Source: Promethearchaeota archaeon
Lineage (GTDB): Archaea; Asgardarchaeota; Lokiarchaeia; Sigyniarchaeales; SOKP01
Length of the DNA stretch: 64,000 nucleotides
Reading direction: 5' to 3'
Assembly (NCBI GenBank): GCA_019058245.1
Contig: JAHPZJ010000027.1
Location: 16,330 to 80,329 of the forward strand
The notes under the pieces were generated by a model. That model was given only the letters and a program-made list of their open reading frames with translations, had not been told where the DNA came from and did not search any database. Positions 48,047 to 59,272 of the stretch are shown here, one piece after another. Both the position numbers and the translations under genes were made by a program. How positions within the stretch are numbered: the first letter of the stretch is position 1; every line of letters starts with the position of its first letter.

Positions 48047-49531
48047 TTAGTCAATTATTCCTTTTTTTTCTAATATTTTAAGTATAATATTTCTAGCAAT
48101 GTGAGGATCTGCTTGTCCTTTAGTTTTTTGCATTATTTTTCCAATTAATGCTTCTTTTGCTTTTGGATTTACACGACAATCTTTTACAATATTTGGATTT
48201 TCTTCTATAACTTCATTCCCTAATTTTATAAGAAAATTTTCATCAGAGATCCTTTTTTTACCTTTTATTTCAAGAATTTCTGAAATTGAAAAACCTTCTA
48301 ACATATCTTCTATCATAGTTTTTGCAATTTTGGTGGTAATTTTTCCTTCATTAATGTATCTGATAATATCAACTATTTGATGAGGGTGTAATTTTGTATC
48401 TTTTATTGTTTTATTTTGTTCATTTAATACTCTTAAAATATCATTCATTAACCAATTACAATATTGTTTATATTCATTTGGTCCAAATGAAGCATCCGAA
48501 TTTACCCCTTCCTCGTAGAAATCGGCTATATCTTTATCCAAAACTAAGTTATCTGAATCAAATTCTGACAAATCATATTCTCTTCTAAGTCTTAATGACC
48601 TTTCATTCGGCATTTCAGGCAAATCATCTTTAACTTGTTGTATAAAACGATTATCAATTTCTATTGGAACCAAATCCTCTTCAGGAAAATAACGATAATC
48701 TGCTTCAAATTCTTTAGTTCTTAAAGAGATTGTAATTCTTCTTTTATCATCCCAATGTCTTGTTTCCTGTATTAAATCTTTTCCTCTTTTAAGTAGGTTT
48801 TTTTGTCTTACAATTTCATGTCTCAGAGCTCGTTCTACTTCTTTAAAACTATTGATATTTTTAACCTCACTACGCTCATGTCCTTTTATTGAGATATTTG
48901 CGTCAACTCTTACTGAGCCTTCAAGATCTAGTCTTGAGATTCCCGAATATTGAACTATTGATTTTAATTGCTTTAAAAATTCACGGGCTTCTTCAGGTGA
49001 ACTCATAACAGGTTCAGTCACTATTTCTATTAATGTAACTCCCGATCTATTATAATCAACCAGTGTATAAGGTGAGGTTGCTATACTTCCTTTATGAACT
49101 AATCTTGCTGGGTCTTCTTCTAGATGAATTCGATTAAGAATTACATCTTTCTTATGGGAATTTAATTTAATAGTGATTTTTCCTCCATCCGCGAAAGCTT
49201 TTCCTCCTGCTTTATTATATTGGCTAATTTGAAAGTTTTTAGACATATCCGGATAAAAATAATTCTTTCTAAAAAAATACATAGATTTATTTATTTCACA
49301 ATTTAACGCAATCGCTAATCTAGTTGCAAAATTAATTGCTTTTTTATTTATCACTGGAAGAGATCCTGGCAATCCAATACAAACTGGACAAACATAAGTA
49401 TTTGGATCTTTTCCACGATAATCATTGCTACAGCTACAAAAGAGTTTTGTTTTGAGATTTGTTAATTGAATATGAACTTCTAAACCAATGATAACATCAT
49501 TATTTTGAATACTCATATTTAATTTCCTCAT
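48047..49531 (-). CDS. gatB: Asp/Glu-tRNA amidotransferase subunit B
   Basis: IGLEVH, CPVCIGLPGSLP, RKNYFYPD, HLEED, DYNRSG..LIEIVTEP, DYRYFPE. Confidence 0.96.
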   Translation of the reverse strand: MRKLNMSIQNNDVIIGLEVHIQLTNLKTKLFCSCSNDYRGKDPNTYVCPVCIGLPGSLPVINKKAINFATRLAIALNCEINKSMYFFRKNYFYPDMSKNFQISQYNKAGGKAFADGGKITIKLNSHKKDVILNRIHLEEDPARLVHKGSIATSPYTLVDYNRSGVTLIEIVTEPVMSSPEEAREFLKQLKSIVQYSGISRLDLEGSVRVDANISIKGHERSEVKNINSFKEVERALRHEIVRQKNLLKRGKDLIQETRHWDDKRRITISLRTKEFEADYRYFPEEDLVPIEIDNRFIQQVKDDLPEMPNERSLRLRREYDLSEFDSDNLVLDKDIADFYEEGVNSDASFGPNEYKQYCNWLMNDILRVLNEQNKTIKDTKLHPHQIVDIIRYINEGKITTKIAKTMIEDMLEGFSISEILEIKGKKRISDENFLIKLGNEVIEENPNIVKDCRVNPKAKEALIGKIMQKTKGQADPHIARNIILKILEKKGIID

Positions 49532-51000
49532 TTAGTTACTGGTGCAATTTTACGATAGATATTTAATTCTTGTTCCAGCTGATAAGCAATGTTAAGAATT
49601 CCTTCCTCATCAAAATAATCTCCAATTATTTGAAATCCTACTGGCATGTTATTACTATTAAATCCACATGGGATTGTTATTGCTGGAATACCTGCTAAAT
49701 TGACAGGACAAGTTAAAATATCTGCGAGATACATCTGCAAAGGATCATTAATGAATTCTCCAATTTTAAAAGCTGTAGAAGGCATAGTAGGAGAAACAAT
49801 GGCATCACAATTTTTAAAGGCTTCTATAAAATCATTTTTTATTAAAGTTCTAACTTTAAGAGCCTTAATATAGAACATATCATAATATCCCGCAGAAAGA
49901 GTATATGTTCCTAAAAAAATTCTTCTTCTCACTTCAGGACCAAAATTTTCATCTCTAGTCCTACTAAAAACGTCATAGACATCTCCTGAAAGATTTTTAC
50001 TCATAATTCCATATCTTAAACCATCATATCTCGCCAAATTTGAACTTGCTTCACTCATACAAATCAAATAATATGTGGCAACAGTATATTCTAAATGAGG
50101 TATTGAAACAGAAATTATTTTTGCCCCTAATCCTTCTAATTTAGTAATAGCCTTTTTAACAACATTCTCTACTTCTTTATTAACTCCTTCTCCAAAGAAT
50201 TCTTTTGGAACTCCTATAACTTTTTTATTTATTGGTTTATCTAATCCTTTAGTATATTTTTCAACTTTTTTATCTACTGAAGTAGAATCAAGGGGATCTT
50301 TGCCTGAAATTATTTCAAGCATTAAGGCGGAGTCATAAACGCACTTAGTAATTGTACCAATTTGATCTAATGAATTTGCAAAGGCTACTAACCCATACCT
50401 AGAGACTCTTCCATAGGTTGGTTTTAATCCCACCTTTCCGCAAAATGAGGCTGGACAACGAATACTACCACCAGTATCACTTCCTAAAGCTAGTATTGCT
50501 TGTCCTGATGCGATACTAGCAGCACTACCACCACTCGATCCTCCTGGTACCCTTGTTATATCCCAAGGATTATAAGTAGGACCATAACAACTGTTTTCTG
50601 TAGAAGTACCCATAGCAAATTCATCCATATTTGTATTACCGATATGAATTGCTCCTTGATCCTCAATAAGACGTTCAATAACAAACGCATTATAAGGTGG
50701 TCGATAACCTTTCAATATTTTTGAACAACAAGTTGTTGGAAAATCTTTAACACATATAAGATCTTTATTCGCTAGAGGTAAACCATACAAACCTCCAATT
50801 TTTTTACCGTTTTTTAGATCTTTATCAAGTAATTTTGCTTTATCTAAAGCTTTTTCTTTCGAGAAATTAACAAAAGAGTGTAATGAACCCTCTGTCTCCT
50901 CTATTCTTACAAAACAACTTTCTAATAACTCTTGAACTGAGATATCCTTATTTTTTATCTTTTCAATTAATTCATATCCCATATATTCTAAGAGTTTCAT
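49528..51000 (-). CDS. gatA: Asp/Glu-tRNA amidotransferase subunit A
   Basis: Amidase signature GGSSGGS, GSDTGGSIR, SSNLARYDG, GPEVRRRI, YLADILT; 4-nt overlap with gatB. Confidence 0.96.
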   Translation of the reverse strand: MKLLEYMGYELIEKIKNKDISVQELLESCFVRIEETEGSLHSFVNFSKEKALDKAKLLDKDLKNGKKIGGLYGLPLANKDLICVKDFPTTCCSKILKGYRPPYNAFVIERLIEDQGAIHIGNTNMDEFAMGTSTENSCYGPTYNPWDITRVPGGSSGGSAASIASGQAILALGSDTGGSIRCPASFCGKVGLKPTYGRVSRYGLVAFANSLDQIGTITKCVYDSALMLEIISGKDPLDSTSVDKKVEKYTKGLDKPINKKVIGVPKEFFGEGVNKEVENVVKKAITKLEGLGAKIISVSIPHLEYTVATYYLICMSEASSNLARYDGLRYGIMSKNLSGDVYDVFSRTRDENFGPEVRRRIFLGTYTLSAGYYDMFYIKALKVRTLIKNDFIEAFKNCDAIVSPTMPSTAFKIGEFINDPLQMYLADILTCPVNLAGIPAITIPCGFNSNNMPVGFQIIGDYFDEEGILNIAYQLEQELNIYRKIAPVTK

Positions 51001-51414
51001 ATAAATTAAGCCAAAATCTATTGCAAGTTTTATGATAAATAAAAAATAGAAAACAATTAATACTTAAGTATGAAAATCAACTTTAATTTCTTAGGGTGAT
51101 TTTCTTAGCATAATTAAGAAAAAAGATTTTCATATCTCATAATTAATTAAATATTGATTTTTTGTTCAATTATGTATGAAAATATAGAGAAAAATATTAT
51201 TGTATACTATTAATTTATCTAATTAATGGCTATATCCGTCTTTATATGTTATTACATCAATTTTTTCTTCCTTAGAAAATAAGTTCGGAAAAAACACCTA
51301 TGTTATTAGAAAAACAAGAGATTGAAAGAAAAGTTCTATCCATAGAATAAATTTTTTATAATTTAATCAATATTTTTTTTATATTATTAAGAAATTTAAG
51401 GATAAGATGTAAAT

Positions 51415-52716
51415 TTGATATTTAAATTCCATGATTATTTACCCGAAGAATTAAAGACAAAATATTTCGATTTTATACCAAATTATTACCCAAATGATAA
51501 GTTTTGTAAAGATTTATTAGAACAAATAAAAGCATCCTATAACAATTGTAGATACTATAAAGAAAGTCTCTGTAAAAATTTTAATTTTACAATACCTGAG
51601 GATTTATCAATTGAAGATTTAGAAACAATACCATATCTTCCAACAGATATTTATAAAAAATCAGAGGAACGGACAATGCAACTTTTAAAAGTACCTCTTG
51701 ATAAAATTGCACTCTTTTCCTGCTCATCATCTACATCGGGTGATCCCTCAATAGTTCCTAGAACATTAGGGGATTTTGATCAATTGCAATATAATTCAAT
51801 TAAAGTCTTTACAGAATTCTTTAAATGGAAGGATTATAAAGTTGGTTCTAAAAGAAGTGTTGCTTTTAATTTTGCCCCAGATCGCTTGTTTATGTCATTG
51901 ATGGTGAGAAAGAATGCTAAAGGATTTGAATTTATTGAAAAAACTCGCTATTTCACGGCTTGTATGAACAAACCTTGGGAATATTATGGGTATGAGGAAT
52001 ATTTAGTAAAAATGAAAATTTTAAAAACAATTTGGGCAATTATTTCGACTTTTTCAATAAAGGGGGGCTTTATTTTAGATGTAACAAAAATGTTAAAAAT
52101 GATTAAAACAATTTTGAAAACTGCATATTGGAAAAAAATAGAAGTAAGTAAAATTATATTCGGTGGAAGCCCACTCTTAATGAATAATATGTTTGAGAAA
52201 AGATTATTAAAAGAAAATATATTTTATGACCTTGATGGAATATCCTTTGTTGGGTGTGGTGGTGGTGGTTGGGAGGGTGTTAAAGGTGAGGCAAAGTTAG
52301 ATGCCGTAAATAAAGTTAAATTTATAGAAAATTATGAAAAAGTTTTTAACATTAAACCAAAATGTATTGCGGATATTTATGCATTTACAGAAGGACCAAC
52401 ACTTTTTGGAGGACATTGGTCTGAAAAATACCAGGATTTCTTATTACATTGTCCAGATACATCTAGGATAATTGTAAGAGATATTGAAAAATTAGAACCT
52501 GTTAATGAGGGGATGGAAGGTTTATTAGAAGTAATTACACCATATGGCGTAAATGGTACTATAAATCAAGCAGTTCTAATTGATGATATTGTAGAGCTCA
52601 TTTCAAAAGATAGGTGCCCGGAGTGTGGTTATCAAGGTGCTACATTTAGAATTTTGGGACGGTTAAAAAATCTTCAAGGTAGAAGTTGTTCATCTATTAT
52701 TAACTGGATTTATTAA
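51415..52716 (+). CDS. LuxE/PaaK-like acyl-protein synthetase
   Basis: IPYLPTDIYK, SSSTSG, GGGWEG, DIYAFTE, FRILGRL...RSC. Confidence 0.78.
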   Translation: MIFKFHDYLPEELKTKYFDFIPNYYPNDKFCKDLLEQIKASYNNCRYYKESLCKNFNFTIPEDLSIEDLETIPYLPTDIYKKSEERTMQLLKVPLDKIALFSCSSSTSGDPSIVPRTLGDFDQLQYNSIKVFTEFFKWKDYKVGSKRSVAFNFAPDRLFMSLMVRKNAKGFEFIEKTRYFTACMNKPWEYYGYEEYLVKMKILKTIWAIISTFSIKGGFILDVTKMLKMIKTILKTAYWKKIEVSKIIFGGSPLLMNNMFEKRLLKENIFYDLDGISFVGCGGGGWEGVKGEAKLDAVNKVKFIENYEKVFNIKPKCIADIYAFTEGPTLFGGHWSEKYQDFLLHCPDTSRIIVRDIEKLEPVNEGMEGLLEVITPYGVNGTINQAVLIDDIVELISKDRCPECGYQGATFRILGRLKNLQGRSCSSIINWIY

Positions 52717-52992
52717 TGTTTCTTAATAATTTTCTTGTTATTTATTTTCTTATTTTAGGATCTTTTGATGTTGATATTAGAACCTTATAGGCAATAAAAA
52801 TGAGTATATTAATCAAGTGGATTACTATATTCAATCACCTTGATTTGTTTAAGTTTGAAAAAAGATCTAAGAGATTAAAAGAAGTCTATAGAATAGTGCT
52901 GAGAAAGACAAATTTGGCTATGAGACAATCAAATTTAAAATTTTGGGAACACATTTATAAGTTCTGAACTACAACTTCCTTTATCATTTTTC

Positions 52993-54294
52993 TTAGGGCG
53001 TCTTCCTTGTTAGAGTACGAGGAAACGGTATAGCATCTTTAATATTATCTATTCCACATAGCCACATAACAACCCTTTCAACTCCTACGCCATAACCAGA
53101 ATGGGGAACACTACCATAGCGTCTTAATTCAAAATACCACTCATAATTTTCAGGATTTTCACCGTCAGATTCTATTCTTCTCATCATATCATCAATTAAT
53201 AAAGAACGTTCTGATCCCCCTACAATTTCACAATATCCTTCTGGTGCTAGCATATCAAAACATAGCGCTTCTTTAGGATTGTCATTACTAGGTGGTTTGT
53301 AAAACCCCATGATCTCTATAGGATAATGAGTTACTACAACAGGAACCTTAAAATGATCTGCTATCTTTGCTTCTTCAATGGTTCTTAAATCCTTACCCCA
53401 AGGAACATTCATATTGTATTTAGAATTGAGAATTTCTAAGGCTTCCGAATATTTAATAGTAGGATATTCTGCTTCAGCATAATGCTCTAGTAATTTAATA
53501 TCTCTTTCTAAAATTTCTAATTCTTTTCTATTATGTTGTAAAACTTGCTTAACAATAAATCTAATCTCATCCTTCGCAACATCGGTAACCTCATCTAATT
53601 GCATCCAAGCAGCTTCCATTTCTGCCATCCAAAATTCTGATAAATGTCTTGAAGTTTTAGATTTTTCAGCTCTGAAAGTTGGTCCCATATTATATATTTT
53701 CCCTAATGAAAAAATACCTGCTTCAGCATATAATTGCCATGTTTGGCTAAGATATATTATATCATTGAAATATTTTACTTCAAATAAGGTAGCTCCTCCC
53801 TCAGATTGGCTAGGCTGAAAAATTGGGGCATCAAACTCATAAAATCCATTACTTCTAAAAAATTCATGGATCGCTCCAACAATAGTATGTCGTACTTTTA
53901 AAATAGCATTTAATTTTCTGGATCTTAACCATAAATGTCTATTATCGTATAATAATTCTGGAGATTGGTGTTCTGTAATTGGAAACGGTTCAGCAATTTG
54001 AATTATTTCCAAATCTGAAACTGAAACTTCGTAACCTGTAGGTGCTCTATCATCTTTCTTTAATTCACCTGATACTTTTACGGAAGATTCAATTGTTAGT
54101 TTTTCAGCCATTTCAAAGATCTCTGGATTCTTAGCTTTAGAAACAACACACTGAATTATATCTGATTCATCTCTTAATACAATGAAAATAAATTTATTCG
54201 ATTTTCGTTCTCTGTAAATCCAACCTCTCAAATTTACCTTCACTGTGCCTTTCTGAAGAGCTTCATCAATTGTTGTGTATTTTAAATTTCTCAT
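52993..54294 (-). CDS. asnS: Asparagine--tRNA ligase
   Basis: OB fold, YLSQTWQLYAE, FRAEKSKTSRHLSEFWMAEME, EIVGGSER, WYFELRRYGSVPHSGYGVGVER. Confidence 0.9.
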   Translation of the reverse strand: MRNLKYTTIDEALQKGTVKVNLRGWIYRERKSNKFIFIVLRDESDIIQCVVSKAKNPEIFEMAEKLTIESSVKVSGELKKDDRAPTGYEVSVSDLEIIQIAEPFPITEHQSPELLYDNRHLWLRSRKLNAILKVRHTIVGAIHEFFRSNGFYEFDAPIFQPSQSEGGATLFEVKYFNDIIYLSQTWQLYAEAGIFSLGKIYNMGPTFRAEKSKTSRHLSEFWMAEMEAAWMQLDEVTDVAKDEIRFIVKQVLQHNRKELEILERDIKLLEHYAEAEYPTIKYSEALEILNSKYNMNVPWGKDLRTIEEAKIADHFKVPVVVTHYPIEIMGFYKPPSNDNPKEALCFDMLAPEGYCEIVGGSERSLLIDDMMRRIESDGENPENYEWYFELRRYGSVPHSGYGVGVERVVMWLCGIDNIKDAIPFPRTLTRKTP

Positions 54295-54397
54295 TGTTAG
54301 ATATACGATTATCTATATATATTTACATTGTATATTCAAAATTTATAACTAAATTAATAGGAGATATCTAAAAAATTTGACTGTAATATTAAAAAAT

Positions 54398-55183
54398 CTA
54401 TTCTTCTTCTTGTTTCTTGAGAAGATATTTGGAGAAAATATTCATGTAAAGACACTCTTCTGGGCTCATCTCCGGAGTTAGCTGAGGATTATCTGTAAAT
54501 ACTACATTACTATTCCTAATTATAACTACTGGTGTTTGTTGATCAGCTTCACTTAATAGAAATTGAGCAGCACTCGCAAGATCATCCGCTATTGCTCTCA
54601 TTGTTATTTCCATAGGTCTTTTGAAAAGATCAGGATTCCCACGTAAATCCTCAACAGGTTCAAATCCAGCTGTTGCTATAGCTATTCCAATAGTCCCTTT
54701 TCTAAGGGGTTGAACTCTAGAATCTGCAATAATTACACCAAAATTATTAACTTTAAATTCTTTCTTTAAATGTCTCCAATAAGACCAAACCACTTCATTT
54801 AAATCTTTTGGTAACAACACAACATTTCCTATACCCGCATTTGATTGATCAATTCCGGCATTAGCTATTAAAAAGTCATTAATTTTTGCTAAAATAACAT
54901 GCCTCATCCCTCCAAGAATCATAGAGGATTCTTGCAAAATTAATTCGACAAATCTCTCATCCATATCATATTCTTTTGCTAACATTTTAGCTCTTTTTGA
55001 CACTTTTTCTACTTCAGATAAATTAATTACCCTTCCCTGAGATGTAGCAATTACTTTTTCAGCAATTACAATGATATCTCCTTCGATGATTGATTTTCCT
55101 TGATCCTTAATAGTGTGAATAATAATTTCTAATAAAGGATCTCGTTTTTTAATGAGGGGTAGCTTTATTGAAAATAATTCCAT
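54398..55183 (-). CDS. cofE: CofE-family gamma-glutamyl ligase
   Basis: IAEKVIATSQGR, ANAGIDQSN, VIIADS, DLRG..DLFKR, DDLASAA, TPVVIIR. Confidence 0.85.
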   Translation of the reverse strand: MELFSIKLPLIKKRDPLLEIIIHTIKDQGKSIIEGDIIVIAEKVIATSQGRVINLSEVEKVSKRAKMLAKEYDMDERFVELILQESSMILGGMRHVILAKINDFLIANAGIDQSNAGIGNVVLLPKDLNEVVWSYWRHLKKEFKVNNFGVIIADSRVQPLRKGTIGIAIATAGFEPVEDLRGNPDLFKRPMEITMRAIADDLASAAQFLLSEADQQTPVVIIRNSNVVFTDNPQLTPEMSPEECLYMNIFSKYLLKKQEEE

Positions 55184-55240
55184 AGCAGATAATAGAATAA
55201 TACTTATTTGATATATTTTTTTCCAATTAATAGATAAGCA

Positions 55241-56104
55241 ATGAAGAAGATATACTCAAAATTATTTAATTTTTTAGAAATCGGTGATGATTTACCCACT
55301 ATAATAGTTGGGGTTATAAATCTAAGCCCTGAATCATTTTATAAAGGTTCAGTTTATTTAGAACCTGAGAAAATTAAAAATGCTGCTTTAGATATGATAG
55401 AAAATGGCGCTCAGATTCTTGATATTGGGGGACGTTCTACTGCCCCTTGGTCTGAGAAAATTACGATAGAAGAAGAAATAAATCGCATAAAAACTGCTAT
55501 GGAATCCGTATGTAACGTTATTCCAGATAATATAATAATATCAGTGGATACTCAATACAGTAAAGTTGCTGAAGTTGCTTTTGAAATTGCTGATAAAAAA
55601 AACAAAAGAATAATTATCAACGATGTAAGTTGTTTAAAAACAGATCCTTCTTTAGAAGATTATATAATTGCTAAAGATCTTCCAATTATTATAATGGCAT
55701 CAAAAAAAATTCCTGGAGATCTATGTACTATTGAGGAAATTTCAGAAGAATTCAAAAATATTATTATATCTCTAAAAAATAAGGGTTATGATGATAATAA
55801 GATTATACTGGATCCTGGAATTGGCCATTGGATTGAAAAAAAAACTCATATATACGATTTAAAGATAATAGGACACTTATCTAAACTTAAAGAATTAGGA
55901 AAACCAATATTGGTTGCAATATCTAGAAAATCCTTTATAGGAACGACTCTAAATATACCTGAACCTGAAAAAAGATTAGATGGAACGCTTGCAGCAACTG
56001 CAATTGCAATTTTTAATGGTGCGCATTTAGTGCGAACTCATGATGTTAATATACAACTTTTAGACTTTGTTAAAATGGCAGAAGAACTTCGAAAAAATAA
56101 GTAA
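55241..56104 (+). CDS. folP: Dihydropteroate synthase
   Basis: GVINLSPESFY, DIGGRSTAP, ISVDT, INDVS, LDPGIG, SRKSFIG, VRTHDV. Confidence 0.93.
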   Translation: MKKIYSKLFNFLEIGDDLPTIIVGVINLSPESFYKGSVYLEPEKIKNAALDMIENGAQILDIGGRSTAPWSEKITIEEEINRIKTAMESVCNVIPDNIIISVDTQYSKVAEVAFEIADKKNKRIIINDVSCLKTDPSLEDYIIAKDLPIIIMASKKIPGDLCTIEEISEEFKNIIISLKNKGYDDNKIILDPGIGHWIEKKTHIYDLKIIGHLSKLKELGKPILVAISRKSFIGTTLNIPEPEKRLDGTLAATAIAIFNGAHLVRTHDVNIQLLDFVKMAEELRKNK

Positions 56105-56465
56105 CTTTGTTATTCTTACATTCTAAAACATTTAGTTAATTTGTGAATTTTATATATATTTACTTTTATCATATTAGTAATATATTAATATAGAAGATCT
56201 TATCTATTATAGATTAATTTATAAAAAAATTGTATTTTTTTAGTTACCTAGTTAAACAAATCAATTGATTAAAAAAATGGGATTCGAAGGCTAATATGAC
56301 CGTATTCCTAATAATAACTCGATTTACCCTAATTTCCAGCTCACTTGAGTATTATCTCAGATTTTTCTTGCCTAAAGTATTAGCCAATGGAGTGAATAAA
56401 GTTAAAAACTAGTTAACTTTTTTTTAAATTAAAATTTTAAATTCCCAAATTCGGAGTGAGAACCT

Positions 56466-56876
56466 CTGGCGAAGATTTTTCAAGATTTGTGGATTATGTC
56501 TGAAGAAGGAATTGTCTTATTCAGTCGCGTTTTTGATCCCAAGGTTGATGATCAATTATTTGGGGGACTAATGAGTGCTTTGAATACTATTGCAGAGACA
56601 CTTTCTGAGGGAGGGTTATCCAATTTTCAATTAAGCAATATGCGATTTGCGATAATGAAAATGAATAATATCTTATTCATCGCAAATGCCTCACTTTCGA
56701 TTAAAGATAAAAAACTTAGAGAAGAAATACAAAAGATTGCCGAAAAATTTTTCGTAAAATATCCAAAGAATATAATTATGGATTGGGACAATGATATAAG
56801 CATATTCGATGATTTTGAAAAGGAGATCGAAAATACCTTGAAAAATCCTATGAAAAAATTCTGGAATGGATTTTAA
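56466..56876 (+). CDS. Longin/roadblock-like small protein (possible CTG start at 56466; ORF track uses TTG 56487)
   Basis: DLWIMSEEGIVLFSR...QLFGGLMSALN..AE...F...YP....WDNDISIF..FE pattern; GGAGTGA 6 nt before CTG. Confidence 0.7.
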   Translation: MAKIFQDLWIMSEEGIVLFSRVFDPKVDDQLFGGLMSALNTIAETLSEGGLSNFQLSNMRFAIMKMNNILFIANASLSIKDKKLREEIQKIAEKFFVKYPKNIIMDWDNDISIFDDFEKEIENTLKNPMKKFWNGF

Positions 56877-57178
56877 GTAAAAATTATTGATTAATTTAAG
56901 CAACTAGTCTCAAATATTTATTTAAAACACGAATTTTATAAGAAATCTTCTTTGAAGAATATGACTTGTAGATTGAATATCTGCAAGAATTATGAATATT
57001 TAAGTAAAATCATATTGATAAATGAACAAATCCTTTTATTTGGTCTAGATATTCCGAGATATCTTATTTTTGAGCGTTGAAAAACTGCACATATATTTAA
57101 ATGCGTGGCTTTCCTTTATTTATATGTAGATCAATAAAATATCATGGTATTTTGAATATTTTTATGATTTAAAATTAA

Positions 57179-59224
<2,046 letters not shown>

Positions 59225-59272
59225 TTCTTAATTAAAAATCTAAAATAATTTAAAATTGAGATGGTGTCATAA

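Noticed and set aside
52800-52967. 55-aa ORF between the luxE-like gene and asnS
   Set aside because: No SD, motif or paralogue support; region also contains a probable terminator hairpin
56961-56995. ATGA-CTTGTAGAT-TGAAT-ATCTGCAAG hairpin as a third SECIS
   Set aside because: No correctly placed 3' UGA for the K-turn, no A-rich loop, and the upstream gene has no translatable in-frame TGA; more likely a terminator-type or chance hairpin
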